A DNA stretch of 64,000 nucleotides, taken from the NCBI RefSeq assembly GCF_009914755.1, contig NC_060935.1; one strand, written 5' to 3'. Shown one piece after another: positions 1 through 12,334 of the stretch (the first letter of the stretch is position 1; the number at the start of each line of letters is the position of its first letter). The position numbers were made by a program, and so were the translations under genes. The notes beneath the pieces were generated by a model. The model saw only the letters and a list, made by a program, of their open reading frames with translations. It did not search any database and was not told the origin of the DNA. This DNA comes from the human T2T-CHM13v2.0 reference genome, Homo sapiens.

Positions 1-565
1 CTTCTATTTTTCTGTATGTTTGAGATATTTCATTGCTGATTATTTTTGGGCAACGGGACATGGAAGAAAGTTGATAAGCTCTTCTGAATTATGACTTATT
101 CAGGTAGTTTTGCATAAACCAGAGGGCAGATAATTGCTGATATGACCTCAACAAAGAGATAAGGTGGAGAAAGGAATGTTTGCTAATTATCTACAAAGGA
201 AAGAGAAAGGTGAGAAATAATAAGTTACCTGATTCTCTGTGTTCTGTGCTTACTTGTTCCTCCAAAGCATTCTCCCCAGCATGTCTCTTCCAGCTTAATA
301 ACTGAAAACACTTAGTCAACAACAATACACTCTAGTGGAAAAGAGATCCTGTTAGTTTTCTAGACGATGCCTGTTGTGGGTATATTGTTTCCAAAATTAT
401 ATTAGTGCTCATGAGCTGGAATCGCTGCACTTTACACACTCAAAATTATGAGACCATTTGTCCCCGGTGGTAGCTCAGTTTTTGGAGTGAACCTCAAAAG
501 CAATCCTTGGCTAACAGAAGATTCTTCCAGATTCTAGCAATGTTTGTTCAAAGTGGGGCATAGCT

Positions 566-941
<376 letters not shown>

Positions 942-1904
942 TCACTGTAACACAGAAGGTTGTCCTTTGATTTTGACTTTTGATTCATGGAAATGTATAC
1001 ATGAAATTGAATTTCCTAATCTTGTGTTTCAGAACAGCTGACTTGTCTCAGGCAAGTGTGTGCGCATTATATAAGGAAGCAGTGGTCATTTATCTCATCA
1101 TATATTGGACTGTGAGGCATTAATATATATGTCTTGTTCATGGGAGCCGTTGATTTTAGGAAAGCTACTTATGTAAATAAGCAGTAACAGAAGGCGCTCG
1201 GCCAAGCTTTAATGAGACATCTCAGCTCTCCCTCTGCTAAGTCAAAAAATGTACTTTGAGACTTTAATCTCCAGTAAAAGTGACAATGGAAAGAGCAATT
1301 TAAGAAACACTCCTTGCACATGTTCACAATGTTAATTTTTAAGAAATCAAAGCCATATATACAATATAATTCTACTTTTTTTAAAGTACATAAATGCAAT
1401 TAATTAAATAAGACTGCAAGAATATACAAACCAGAATGCTCACAGTTGTTAACTTTCTCTTGAAGTTAACATTTCAGATGATCTTAATTTAATTTAATTT
1501 TTTTACCTTTCTGTGTTTTCAAACTTCTTTGTATTCAGCCTATATAGCTTGTTTAACAGGAGAAAAATGTAATAAATGATTAAGGGTCAGGAAAAAAGAA
1601 AAAGAAATGAATATGCACCTTCATGCTACAAACAGACCATTTCTAGTACTGGAAATGTCTGCAGCTTTATTCCTCATTTTGCAAATGAAAACCACAATAC
1701 TGCCTATAATCATAGCCACTGAAGTGGTCAGGAAGAATCTTGTCAGTTCTCCAGCTTTTGCAGTGGAGTGAGTTGGATAAATTTCCTCCTCAAAGGACGT
1801 TTGGATGAGTGGAAGCTTCATTAGGAAAGAGGAGAAGCCCATAGGCAAGTCTAGAAAACCTACGTCCCATCACTGTACTGGAAGACTCATGAAGTCCGGA
1901 CAAA

Positions 1905-1994
1905 GTGTGATACAGCCTGGTGTATGATGCTCAGTAGTGTGAATGAGATGTGTGATACAACCTGGTGTATGATGCTGAGTAGTGTGTAATGAGA
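1905..1994. repeat. Two-copy ~45-bp tandem duplication
   Basis: GTGTGATACAGCCTGGTGTATGATGCTCAGTAGTGTG-AATGAGA followed by GTGTGATACAACCTGGTGTATGATGCTGAGTAGTGTGTAATGAGA. Confidence 0.9.
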
Positions 1995-2084
1995 GCCATG
2001 ACCCAGCTCTTCCAGGACACCGTCGAGCAGACATTTGTGGGATGGTCGAAAGTCACTCAAAGAAGAGATGTCAGTAGTCACCTG

Positions 2085-2215
2085 GTTCAGCAGGCTCACT
2101 GGCTCCTCATCAGAATTGCCTGGGGAGTCTTTTCAAATGCACATTTCTGGTTCCCACTCTCAGAATGCTGGGTTCAGGGTTCAAAGCTCTGCAAGTGATT
2201 CACATGGACTGGTTT
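2085..2215. mobile_element. MER5A-like hAT-Charlie MITE relic
   Basis: CATCAGAATTGCCTGGGGAG...AAATGCACATTTCTGGTTCCCAC resembles the MER5 arm. Confidence 0.55.
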
Positions 2216-2955
2216 GTTTGTGATCTACCTTGGGAAAACTCCTTTTACAAATGAACTGAATCAACGGAATAGTTTCTTTTTCCTATTTACATTATGCCTG
2301 GTATGCTTTGCGAGTGTTGGGCCTTTGCAAGTGTCTCTTTTCAGAAATGCCATGTTTATTCCATTGCCTTTGCCCAAAACTCTGCTGGGACTCCCCCACT
2401 TTTCTTAACAGTGTTCAGAAATGGAATTCTTTTAACTGTCTTCAAAAACAGAGTGACAGCATGCTTTTGAGAGGAGAAGGAATGCTAAAATAATTTGTTA
2501 TATATTTTTGAAATATTTGTCAAATGAGAAAGATTTTGTTATATTAGTGTAATGACAAAAACTATCGTATTAAAATATTTTCAAAAATAATTTCTAATAA
2601 GCCAAATTATATATCCTTGTACATTAATGTAATAAAATTTAAACGCCTATATATTGGCTATATGACCATTAAAATAATATAATCAGAAATTATTCTTGTT
2701 TTGTAATCACTTTCTTAGTTATTTTTTTCTTTAAAAAATTTTACTACTTATAAAATGTAATATGTGTAATTGTGATACGTAAGTAACAAAATAAACCTAC
2801 AGAAATGTTATTTTTAGTGTCTGAATTTTATACAATACAAAAAGTAGAAGTACTTTATTAATGTGGTATCTTGATTGATCATAAAATTTTTCTCGCTTGC
2901 ATTTCTGCAAATTCATTTATTAGGTCATAACTTTAGCACTTTTTTATGCTTTAAT

Positions 2956-3290
2956 ATTTTTTAGCAGATTTTTAAAAGAGCAGTTTTAGGTTCACAGAAA
3001 AATTGAGTGGAAGGTAGAGATTTCCCGTATCCCCCCTGCTCCTACATATGGCATTGTCTCCGCCATTGGCACCATCCCCCACCAGAATGATGGATTTGTT
3101 GCAACTGATCAAAATAATTTACATATCATTATCCCCAAAGTCCATAGTTTGCATTAGGATTCACCCTTGGTGTTATACATTCTATGGATTTGGACAAATG
3201 TATAATAACGTGTATACACTATGACATGTATCTACGCATACAGAGTAGTTTCACTGTCCTAAAAATCTTTTTTTCTTCACCTATTCATTC
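2956..3290 (-). mobile_element. L1MC1-like LINE-1 3' end fragment
   Basis: AGAGCAGTTTTAGGTTCACAGAAAAATTGAGTGGAAGGT...CAAAGTCCATAGTTT...CATTCTATGGATTTGGACAAATGTATAAT is typical L1MC 3'UTR in antisense. Confidence 0.8.
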
Positions 3291-3637
3291 TGAGCCATTT
3301 TTAGCTCTAGTACTGAGTCATTAATATTTTTCTGAAGATTCTATTTTTTAGTATGTTTTAATGTTTTGTGGTTTTTTAAAAAATAAAGTTCCTGAGATCT
3401 TCAAAGTTATAATCTATAACTAATAAATTTAAAATTATTGATATATCAATTGACTCTTCTTTGTAGCAAAAAGTATGTTTTTCAATTGAGAAAATATCCA
3501 GTTTTACAGATGCTGAGGTAACTGGTAAGATCAGGGCAGTTTATGCTGGATGGAGAATATTCTCAATTCTGTATTTGGTATTGATAAAACTAAATATTTC
3601 GCAGATACTGTTCCACTTAGAGTAACTGTTTTGACAA

Positions 3638-3929
3638 TTTTTTAAATGTTTTTGGGTACATAGTCGGTATATATATTTACAGGGTACATCAGATACTTTG
3701 ATACAGGCATGCAATGTGAAATAAGCGTGTACATCATGGAGAATGATCCCCTCAATCCATCCCCTCAATCCAATTCAATTTTATAGACAATCCAGTTACA
3801 CTCTTTAAGTTATTTTAAAGTGTACAATTAAGTTATTATTGACTAGTGTCATTCTATTGTGCTCTCAAACAGTAGGTCTTGTTCATTCTTTGTTTTTTTG
3901 TACACATTAACTATCCTCGCCTCCCCCAC
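3638..3929 (-). mobile_element. L1MA1-3-like LINE-1 3' end fragment
   Basis: TTTTTGGGTACATAGT...TTTGATACAGGCATGCAATGTGAAATAAG...TACACTCTTTAAGTTATTTTAAA is L1MA 3'UTR in antisense. Confidence 0.85.
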
Positions 3930-4205
3930 AAATATTTTTAAAAACAAAATTTAGCAAAAAGGTTGTCTCTGTTTTAAGTGCTTTATCAAATTTAGATGCT
4001 GAAAAATGGTAGGTTTTCTGAATTTTACTTTATTCCAGCACAGAGTACTAATTTATCTAATTAATTAACAATAGAAGCCCATCAAAATATTCTTCCTAGA
4101 TGTCAAGATACTTGAAGCTCAATGACTAATTTTCCTAATAAAATCTCATATACTATTTGATCACTATTTTATGTGTTTAGAAACACTTTGATTTAATATG
4201 AATAC

Positions 4206-4467
4206 TTTTTTTTTTTTTTTTTTTAGATGGAGTCTGGCTCTGTCGCCCAGGCTGCAATGCAGTGGTATGATCTAGGCTCACTGCAACCTCCACCTCCTGG
4301 GTTCAAGTGATTCTCCTGCCTCAGCCTCCCAAGTAGCTGGGACTACAGGCACCCACCACCATGCCTGGCTGATTTTTGTATTTTTAGTAGAGACGAGGTT
4401 TCACCATGTTGACTGGGCTGGTCTCAAACTCCCAACCTCAGATGATCTGCCTGCCTCAGCCTCGCAA
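4206..4467 (-). mobile_element. Alu SINE (AluS), 5'-truncated by ~35 nt
   Basis: T-run, then AGATGGAGTCTGGCTCTGTCGCCCAGGCTG...; ends at CTCAGCCTCGCAAA without the Alu 5' terminus. Confidence 0.95.
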
Positions 4468-5049
4468 ATAAGAATATATTTCAGTGTCTTCTTGTTTACT
4501 AGCTTTGTTTCTATTAATGGCAGTTCTCCAAAATCTTCAAGAGCTACACTTTGGGAACTTTCCATTTATTGTATACTTTAATTAAAGGTTTCCAACTGAT
4601 TTTAAATTAAATTGAATTTAGAGTTCTCATTTTAAAATAAGTAAATAAATAAAAGTTCAGTACATTATAGGACACTTAGGTTGATTTCCAAAACAATTCA
4701 AAGGTTTAAAAATTTCTAATATCTGATTGATTATGGGCAATGAAGAGGTAAATCTCATATGATTATGTCAAGATTTTTTTCTAATTCAACATTAGCCTTG
4801 TGGAAAAAAATTGATAGTTTAGTTGTTGTGTGTGTGTAAATTTTGACAAACAGAGCTTCTGTTTTTATTAGTAGAATGTTGTAGCTTGTTTGTACAAAAT
4901 GATGGCTTACATCTTTTTTTAACCAACTATAAGTACAATTTTATAGCTCAATGAACCTATCGCTTTTGTTAGATGGGAGCAAGCAATGGGAAATGTCTAC
5001 CATTTGGCTTTAAAAGTCTATAAGCAACAGTTACCTATGATGTGTGAGT

Positions 5050-5990
5050 TTGGGGTAGCTTCCAATTCATCATTGTCCTGACACATGTCAATTACCACAT
5101 ATAAAGTCAAATACAATGTCAAATCCAAAGCCTCAGAGAAAAAAAAAAAGAATCCAATTCCCAAGAGAACAGTGATAATTTAATGTAAAACTAAAGTATA
5201 CTGACATTAAATTAGTACTGCTGAAACAATATATTGAGGATTTACAGTAACATCTGGAAATTCCTTCTAATGTACATATAAATAGAATCATGGAAGCTTT
5301 TTATATTGCCTCTTCTGTGGTCTTACAGATTTAATAAACCAAATAAAACTGAACCTCCACTCCACATCTCATTCTTTATCACTAGATAAGATAAAATCTA
5401 TTCTTATTCATAAGGTAGGGTTTTAAGCGTTCATTGTTTCTTAAGCCACAGTTAAAGAAATTATGTCTTTAACTAATTTTGGTATTGTCTCTTCATTCTG
5501 TACACGGAATTCCAGCAGATTTAATATTGGCATTTATCATCTGGTCAAACCTTTACATGTTTTCCAATCAAACTAAGGATTCTCAACATTTTCTGTATTA
5601 ATAAAATAAGGTATGGTATAAAATTTGATGAAGACCTGCTTTTTCCTGGCCACACTGGACTTCTAGAAGCCATTTGGATTGAGTTTAGAGGATAGGGGAG
5701 TACTGAAGTTTCTTGGTCTGAGTTTCTGTTTAACAGTTAGAGAAGTAGAAGGAGCAGGAGATCATGTGGACAAGCTGTGACCGGCAGCTGTGCCGCCTGC
5801 CTTGGTAGTGGTGTGAGCTGGATTTGGGGCTGCAGTGCTATTCTGGGAGGAGTTCCTTGAAAGAGTTTACAACAGTTGTTTGATTTGAACAAAACTGTGT
5901 GGTTAGTGGTAGTGCCAGAAGCAGCAGGCCCCCTATGCGAGCCTGGCCATCATCGTTCTGCCGTGTGTGCATTAAAACTTTGCCCCGCAA
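5050..5990 (-). mobile_element. HAL1 / ancient L1 ORF1-like relic, 3' part (interrupted by the L1PA)
   Basis: Minus-strand reading NANIKSAGIP..EETIPKLVKDII (~5540-5460) resembles the ORF1p RRM motif NNIRIIGIPE..IIKEII. A matching 5' end lies beyond the L1PA. Confidence 0.45.
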
Positions 5991-7019
5991 GGGACGAGTT
6001 CCAAGGTGGCCGAATAGGAACAGCTGTGGTCTACAGCTCCCAGGGAGATCGACGCAGAAGACAGATGATTTCTGCATTTCCAACTGAGGAACCTGGTTCA
6101 TCTCATTGGGACTGGTTGGACAGTGGGTGCAGCCCATGGAGAGTGAGGAGGGCAGGGCGTCAGCTCACCTGGGAAGTGCAGGGGGTTGGGGGATTTCCCT
6201 TTCCTAGCCAAGGGAAGCCATGAGTAACTGTACCTGGAGGAGTGGTACACTCTCGCCCAAATACTGCGCTTTTCCCAGTCTTCCCAACCAGCAGACCAGG
6301 AGATCCCTTCCCGTGCCTGGTTTGGTAAGTCCCATGCCCACAGAGCCTTGCTCGCTGCTAGCACAGCAGTCTGAGATCGACCTGAGATGCGGGAGCTTGG
6401 TGGAGGGAGAGGCATCTGCCATTGCTGAGGCTTGAGTAGGTGGTTCTATGCTCACAGTGTAAACAAAGCAGCTGGGAAGCTCGAACTAGGCAGAGCCCAC
6501 CATAGCTCAACAAGGCCTACTGCCTCTCTAGATTCCACCTCTGGGGGCAGGGCATATCTGAACAAAAGGCAGCAGGCAGCTTCTGCAGGCTTAAACGTCC
6601 CTGCTTGACAGCCCTGAAGAGAGCAGTGGTTCTCCCAGCATGGCATTCAAGCTCCGATAACAGACAAACTGCCTCCTCAAGTGGGTCCCTGACTCCCTTG
6701 TAGCCTGCCTGGGAGACACCTCCCAGTAGGGGCTGACAGACTCCTCATACTGACAGGTGCCCCTCTGGGACGAAGCTTCCAGAGGAAGGATCAGACAGCA
6801 ATATTTGCTGTTCTGCAGCCTCCACTGGTGAGACCCAGGCAAACAGGATTTGGAGTGGAACTCCAGCAAACTCCAACAGACCTGCAGCTGAGGGGCCTGT
6901 CTGTTAGAAGGAAAACTAACAAAGAGAATTAATAGCATCAACATCAACAAAAAGGACATCCACACTAAAACCCCTTCCATAGGTCTCCAAAAAGACCAAA
7001 GGTAGATAAAACCACAAAG
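5991..7019 (+). promoter_or_regulatory. L1 5'UTR (internal sense promoter and antisense-promoter region)
   Basis: About 1 kb of L1PA 5'UTR upstream of the ORF1 ATG at 7020. Current activity cannot be judged from sequence. Confidence 0.7.
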
Positions 7020-8046
7020 ATGGGGAGAAAACAGAACAGAAAGGCTGAAAACACCAAAAACCAGAAGGCCTCTTCTCCTCCAAAGGAACACAACTCCTCA
7101 CCAGCAAGGGAACAAAACTGGACAGAGAATGAGTTTGACGAGTTGACAGAAGTAGGTTTCAGAAGGTTGGTAATAATACACTTCTCCCAGCTAAAGGAGC
7201 ATATTCTAACCCGTTGCAAGGAAGCTTAAAAACCTTGAAAAAAGGTTAGATGAATGGCTAACTAGAATAACCAGTGTAGAGAAGAGCTTAAATGACCTGA
7301 TGGAGCTGAAAACCATGGCATGAGAACTTCGTAAAGCATACACAAGCTTCAATAGCTGATTCAGTCAAGTGGAAGAAAGGATATCTGTGATTGAAGATCA
7401 AATTAATGAAATAAAGTGAGAAGACAAGATTAGAGAAAAAAGAGTGAAAAGAAATGAACAAAGCCTCCAAGAAATGTGGGACTATGGAAAAAGACCAAAT
7501 CTATGTTTGACTGGTGTACCTGAAAGTGACGGGGAGAATGGATCCAAGTTAGAAAACACTCTTCAGGATATTATCCAGGAGAACTTCCCCAATCTAGAAA
7601 GGCAGGCCAACGTTCAAATTCAGGAAATAGAGAGAACACCACAAAGATACTCCTCAAGAAGAGCAACCCCAAGACATATAATTTTTAGATTCATCAAGGT
7701 TGAAATGAAGGAAAAAAATGTTAAGGGCAACCAGAGACAAAGGCTGCGTTACACACAAAGGGAGGCCCATCAGACTAACAGCAAATCTCTCTGCAGAAAC
7801 CCTACAAACCAGAAGAGAGTGGGGGCCCCTATTCAACATTCTTAAAGAAAAGAATTTTCAACCCAGAATATCATATCCAGCCAAACTAAGCTTCATAAGT
7901 GAAGGAGAAATAAAATCCTTTACAGACAAGCAAACGCTGAGAGATTTTGTCACCACCAGGCCTGCCTTACAGAGCTCCTGAAGGAAGCACTAAACGTGGA
8001 TAGGAAAAACTAGTACCAACCACTGCAAAAACATGCCAAATTGTAA
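7020..8046 (+). pseudogene. L1 ORF1p (RNA-binding/chaperone), disrupted
   Basis: ORF pieces 7020-7229 MGRKQNRKAEN..., 7444-7845 ...KRPNLCLTGVPE..., 7718-7981 ...FQPRISYPAKLSF..., broken by frameshifts and stops. Confidence 0.95.
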
Positions 8047-8109
8047 AGACCATCGATGCTATGAAGAAACTACATTAATTAATGGGCGAAATAACCTGCT
8101 AGCATCATA

Positions 8110-11100
8110 ATGACAGGATCAAATTCACATATAACAATATTAACCTTAAATGTAAATGGCCTAAATGCCCCAATTAAAAGACACAGACTGGCAAACTGGA
8201 TAAAGAGTCAAGACTCATTGCTGTGCTGTATTCAAGAGACCCATCTCACTTGCAAAGACACAAATAGGCTCAAAATAAAGGGATGGAGGAAGATCTACCC
8301 ACTAAGCAAATGGAAAGCAAAAAAGGAGAGGTTTCAATCCTGGTCTCTGATAAAACAGACTTTAAAGCAACAAAGATCAAAAGAGACAAAGAAGGCCATT
8401 ACATAATGGTAAAGGGATCAATTCAACAAGAAGAGTTAACTATCCTAAATATATATGCACCCAATACAGGAGCACCCAGATTGATAAAGCTAGTTCTTAG
8501 AGACCTACAAAGAGACTTATACTCCCACAGAATAATAATGGAAGACTTTAACACCCCACTGTCAATATTAGACATATCAATGAGACAGAAAATTAACAAG
8601 GATATCCAAGACTAGAACTCAGTTCTGGATCAAGCAGACCTAATAGACATCTACAGAACTCTCCACCCCAAATCAACAGAACATACATTCTTCTCAGCAC
8701 CACGTTGCACTTTCTCTAAAATTGGCCACATAATTGGAAGTAAAACACTCCTCAGCAAATGTAAAAGGACAGAAATCACAACAACCTGTCTCTCAGACCA
8801 CAGTGCAATCAAATTAGAACTCAGGATTAAGAAGCTCACTCAAAACCACACAACTACATGGAAATTGAACAACCTGCTCCTGAAAGACTACTGGGTAAAT
8901 GACGAAATGAAGGCAGAAATAAAGATGTTCTTTGAAACCAATAAGAACAAAGACACAACATACCAGAATCTCTGGGACACAGCTAAAGCAGTGTGTAGAG
9001 GGAAATTTATAGCACTAGATGCCCACAAGAGAAAGCAGGAAAGATCTAAAATCGACACCCTAACGTCACAATTGAAAGAACTAAAGAAGCAAGAGCAAAC
9101 AAATTCAAAAGCTAGCAGAAGACAAGAAATAACTAAGATCACAGCAGAACTGAACGAGATAGAGACACAAAAATCCCTTCAAAAAATCAATGAATCCAGG
9201 AGATGGTTTTTTGAAATGATCAACAAAATTGATAGACTGCTAGCAAGACTAATAAAGAAGAAAAGAGAGAAGAATCAAATAGATGCAATAAAAAATGATA
9301 AAGGGGATATCACCACCGATCCCACAGAAACACAAACCACCATCAGAGAATACTATAAACACCTCTACACAAATAAACTAGAAAATCTAGAAGAAATGGA
9401 TAAATTTCTGAACACATACACCCTCCCAAGACTAAACCAGGAAGAAGTTGAATCACTGAATAGACCAATAACAGGTTCTGAAATTAAGGCAATAATTAAT
9501 AGCCTACCAACCAAAAAACGTCCAGGACCAGACAGATTCACAGCTGAATTCTACCAGAGGTACAAAGAGGAGCTGGTACCATTCCTTCTGAAACTATTCC
9601 AATCAATTGAAAAAGAGGGAATCCTCCTTTACTCATTTTGTGAGGCCAGCATCATTCTGATACCAAAGCCTGGTAGAGGCACAACAAGAAAAGAATTTTA
9701 GGCCAATATCCCTGATGAACATCAATGCGAAAATCCTCAATAAAATACTGGCAAACCGAATCCAGCAGCACATCAAAAAGCTTATTCACCACAATCAAGT
9801 CGGCTTCATCCCTGGGATGCAAGGCTGGCTCGACATAACGCAAATCAATAAATATAATCCATCACATAAATAGAACCAATGACAAAAACCACATGATTAT
9901 CTCAATAGATGCAGAAAAGGCCTTCGACAAAATTCAACAGCCTTTCATGCTGAAAACTCTCAATAAACTAGGTATCGAAGGAATGTATCTCGACATAATA
10001 AGAACTATTTATGACAAACCCACAGCCAATATCATACTGAATGGGCAAAAACTGGAAGCATTCCCTTTGAAAACTGGCACAAGACAATGATGCCCTCTCT
10101 CACCACTCCTATTCAACATAGTATTGGAAGTTCTGGCCAGGGAAATCAGGCAAGAGAAAGCAATAAAGCGTATTCAAATAGGAAGAGAGGAAGTCAGATT
10201 GTCTCTGTTTGCAGATGACATGATTGTATACTTAGGAAACCCCATCGTCTCAGCCCAAAATCTCCTTAAGCTGAGAAGCAACTTCAGCAAAGTCTCAAGA
10301 TACAAAATCAATGTGCAAAAATCACAAGCATTCCTATATACCAATAACAGACAAACAGAGAACAAAATCATGAGTGAACTCCCATTCAAAATTGCTACTA
10401 AGAGAATAAAATACCTAGGAATACAACTTACAAGGGATGTGAAGGACCTCTTCAAGGAGAACTACAAACCAATGCTCAAGGAAATAAGAGAGGACACAAA
10501 CAAACTAGGCCCCCCAAAACCCACCACCACTTATTAGACAGAATTAAGTGGGTTTGGGCCAGAACAGGGGAAGGTCTGAGCAAATAAAAATCTCAGAGAT
10601 GGCGTGTATCATTCCATCTTCAACCTGCAAACACCCACGGGGCCTGAGGCACAGACCTCCATGGGCTCATGTGCATCGTCACATCAAACACCGTTAATGG
10701 GCCAGAGTGTGGCCTGTCCTGCAGGACACCACAGCAGGACATACTCTGTGCTTGTCTTAAGGATCCCATCACCCTAAAGAAGGAAGTCAGACAGACAAAG
10801 GATTAACAGGAAACAGCTGCAAATATACCATTAAAGAAAGATATGAAAGGGAAAATGCTTTGACATTAGAAAGGTTTTGTTTGTTTGTTCTTGCATTCCA
10901 TACTCATGGATAGAAAAATCAGTATCATGAAAATGGCATTACTGCCCAAAGTAATTTATAGATTCAATGCTATCCCCATCAAGCTACCACTGACTTTCTT
11001 CACAGAATTGGAAAAAACTACTTTAAACTTCATATGGAACAAAAAAAGAGCCTGCATAGCCAAGACAATCCTGGGCAAGAAGAACAAAGCTGGAGGCATC

Positions 11101-12334
11101 ACGCTATCTGACTTCAAACATTACTACAAGGCTACAATAATCAAAACAGCATGGTACTGGTGCCAAAACAGCATGGTACTGGTGCCAAAACAGCTATATA
11201 GACCAATGGAACAGAACGGAGACCTCAGAAATAACACCACACATCTACGACCATCTGATCTTTGACAAACCTAAGACACGCAAGCAATGGGGAAAAGATT
11301 CCCTATTTAATAAATGGTGTTGGGAAAACTGGCTAGCCATATGCAGAAAACTGAAACTGGACCCCTTCCTTACACCTTATACAAAAATCAATTCAAGATG
11401 GATCAAAGACTTAAACATGAGACCTAGGACCATAAAAATCCTGGAAGAAAACCTGGGCAATATCATTCAGGACATAGGCATGGGCAAAGACTTTATGTCT
11501 AAAACACTGAAAGCAATGGCAACAAAAGCCAAAATTGATAAATGATTAAACTAAAGAGCTTCTGCACAGCAAAAGAAACTATCATCAGAGTGAACAGGCA
11601 ACCTACAGAGTGGGAGAAAATTTTTGCAATCTATCCATCTGACAAAGGTCTAATATCCAGAATCTACAAAGAACTAAAAACAAAGTTACAAGAAAAACGC
11701 AAACAACCCCATCAAAAAATGGGCAAAGGATATGAACAGACACTTCTCAAAAGAAGACATTTATGCAGCCAACAGGCATATGAAAAAATGCTCATCCTCA
11801 ATAGTCATTAGAGAAATGCAAATCAAAACCACAATGACATACAATCTCACACCAGTTAGAATGGCGATCATTAAAAAGTCAGGCAACAGCAGATGCTGGA
11901 GAGGTTGTGGAAAAATAGGAATGCTTTTACACTGTTGGTGGGAGTGTAAATTAGTTCAGCCATTGTGGAAGACAGAGTGGCGATACCTCATGGATCTAGA
12001 ACTAGAAATACCATTTGACCCAGCACTTCCATTACTGGGCATATACCCAAAGGGTTATAAATCATGCTACTGTAAAGACACATGCACACGTACGTTCATT
12101 GTGGCACTATTCACAATAGCAAAGACTTGGAACCAACCTAAATGTCCATCAATAATAGACTGGATTAAGAAAATGTGGCACATATGCACCATGGAATACT
12201 ATGCAGCCATAAAAAAGGGTGAGTTCATGTCCTTTGCAAGGACATGGATGCAGCTGGAAACCATCATTCTCAGCAAATTATCACAAGATCAGAAAACCAA
12301 ACACTGCGTGTTCTCACTCATAAGTGGGAGTTGA
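8110..12334 (+). pseudogene. L1 ORF2p (APE endonuclease, reverse transcriptase, Cys-rich C-terminus), disrupted
   Basis: MTGSNSHITILTLNVNGLN start, [11 protein letters not shown] motif, [14 protein letters not shown] knuckle, ends ...SLISGS*. Split across several frames and interrupted by a 389-bp insert. Confidence 0.96.
10505..10893. other. 389-bp non-L1 insertion inside L1 ORF2
   Basis: L1 homology stops after GAGGACACAAACAAA and resumes at CATTCCATACTCATGGATAG. About 8 nt of consensus are missing; no TSD and no poly(A). Confidence 0.9.

Larger units (their letters stand above)
2880..4945 (-). mobile_element. Fossil hAT DNA transposon (Blackjack-like), C-terminal half of transposase, split by L1MC, L1MA and Alu
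   Basis: Manual minus-strand translation gives collinear hAT blocks: NILLIKTEALFVKIY (~4880-4836), HNHMRFTSSLPIINQILEIFKPLNCFGNQPKCP (~4767-4670), YLDI*EEYFDG (~4110-4078), NRDNLF, and dimerization-domain-like IENILHPA*TALILPVTSASV..IFSQLK (~3570-3480). Very AT-rich. Confidence 0.75.

Noticed and set aside
1905-1994. CRISPR-like or minisatellite array
   Set aside because: Only two adjacent copies, no spacers, eukaryotic context.
6591-7091. 166-aa antisense ORF as L1 ORF0
   Set aside because: The ORF0 start (CCCCAT on + strand) reads CCCCTT at ~6971-6976, and this ORF is in a different frame. It is a chance antisense frame of the 5'UTR.
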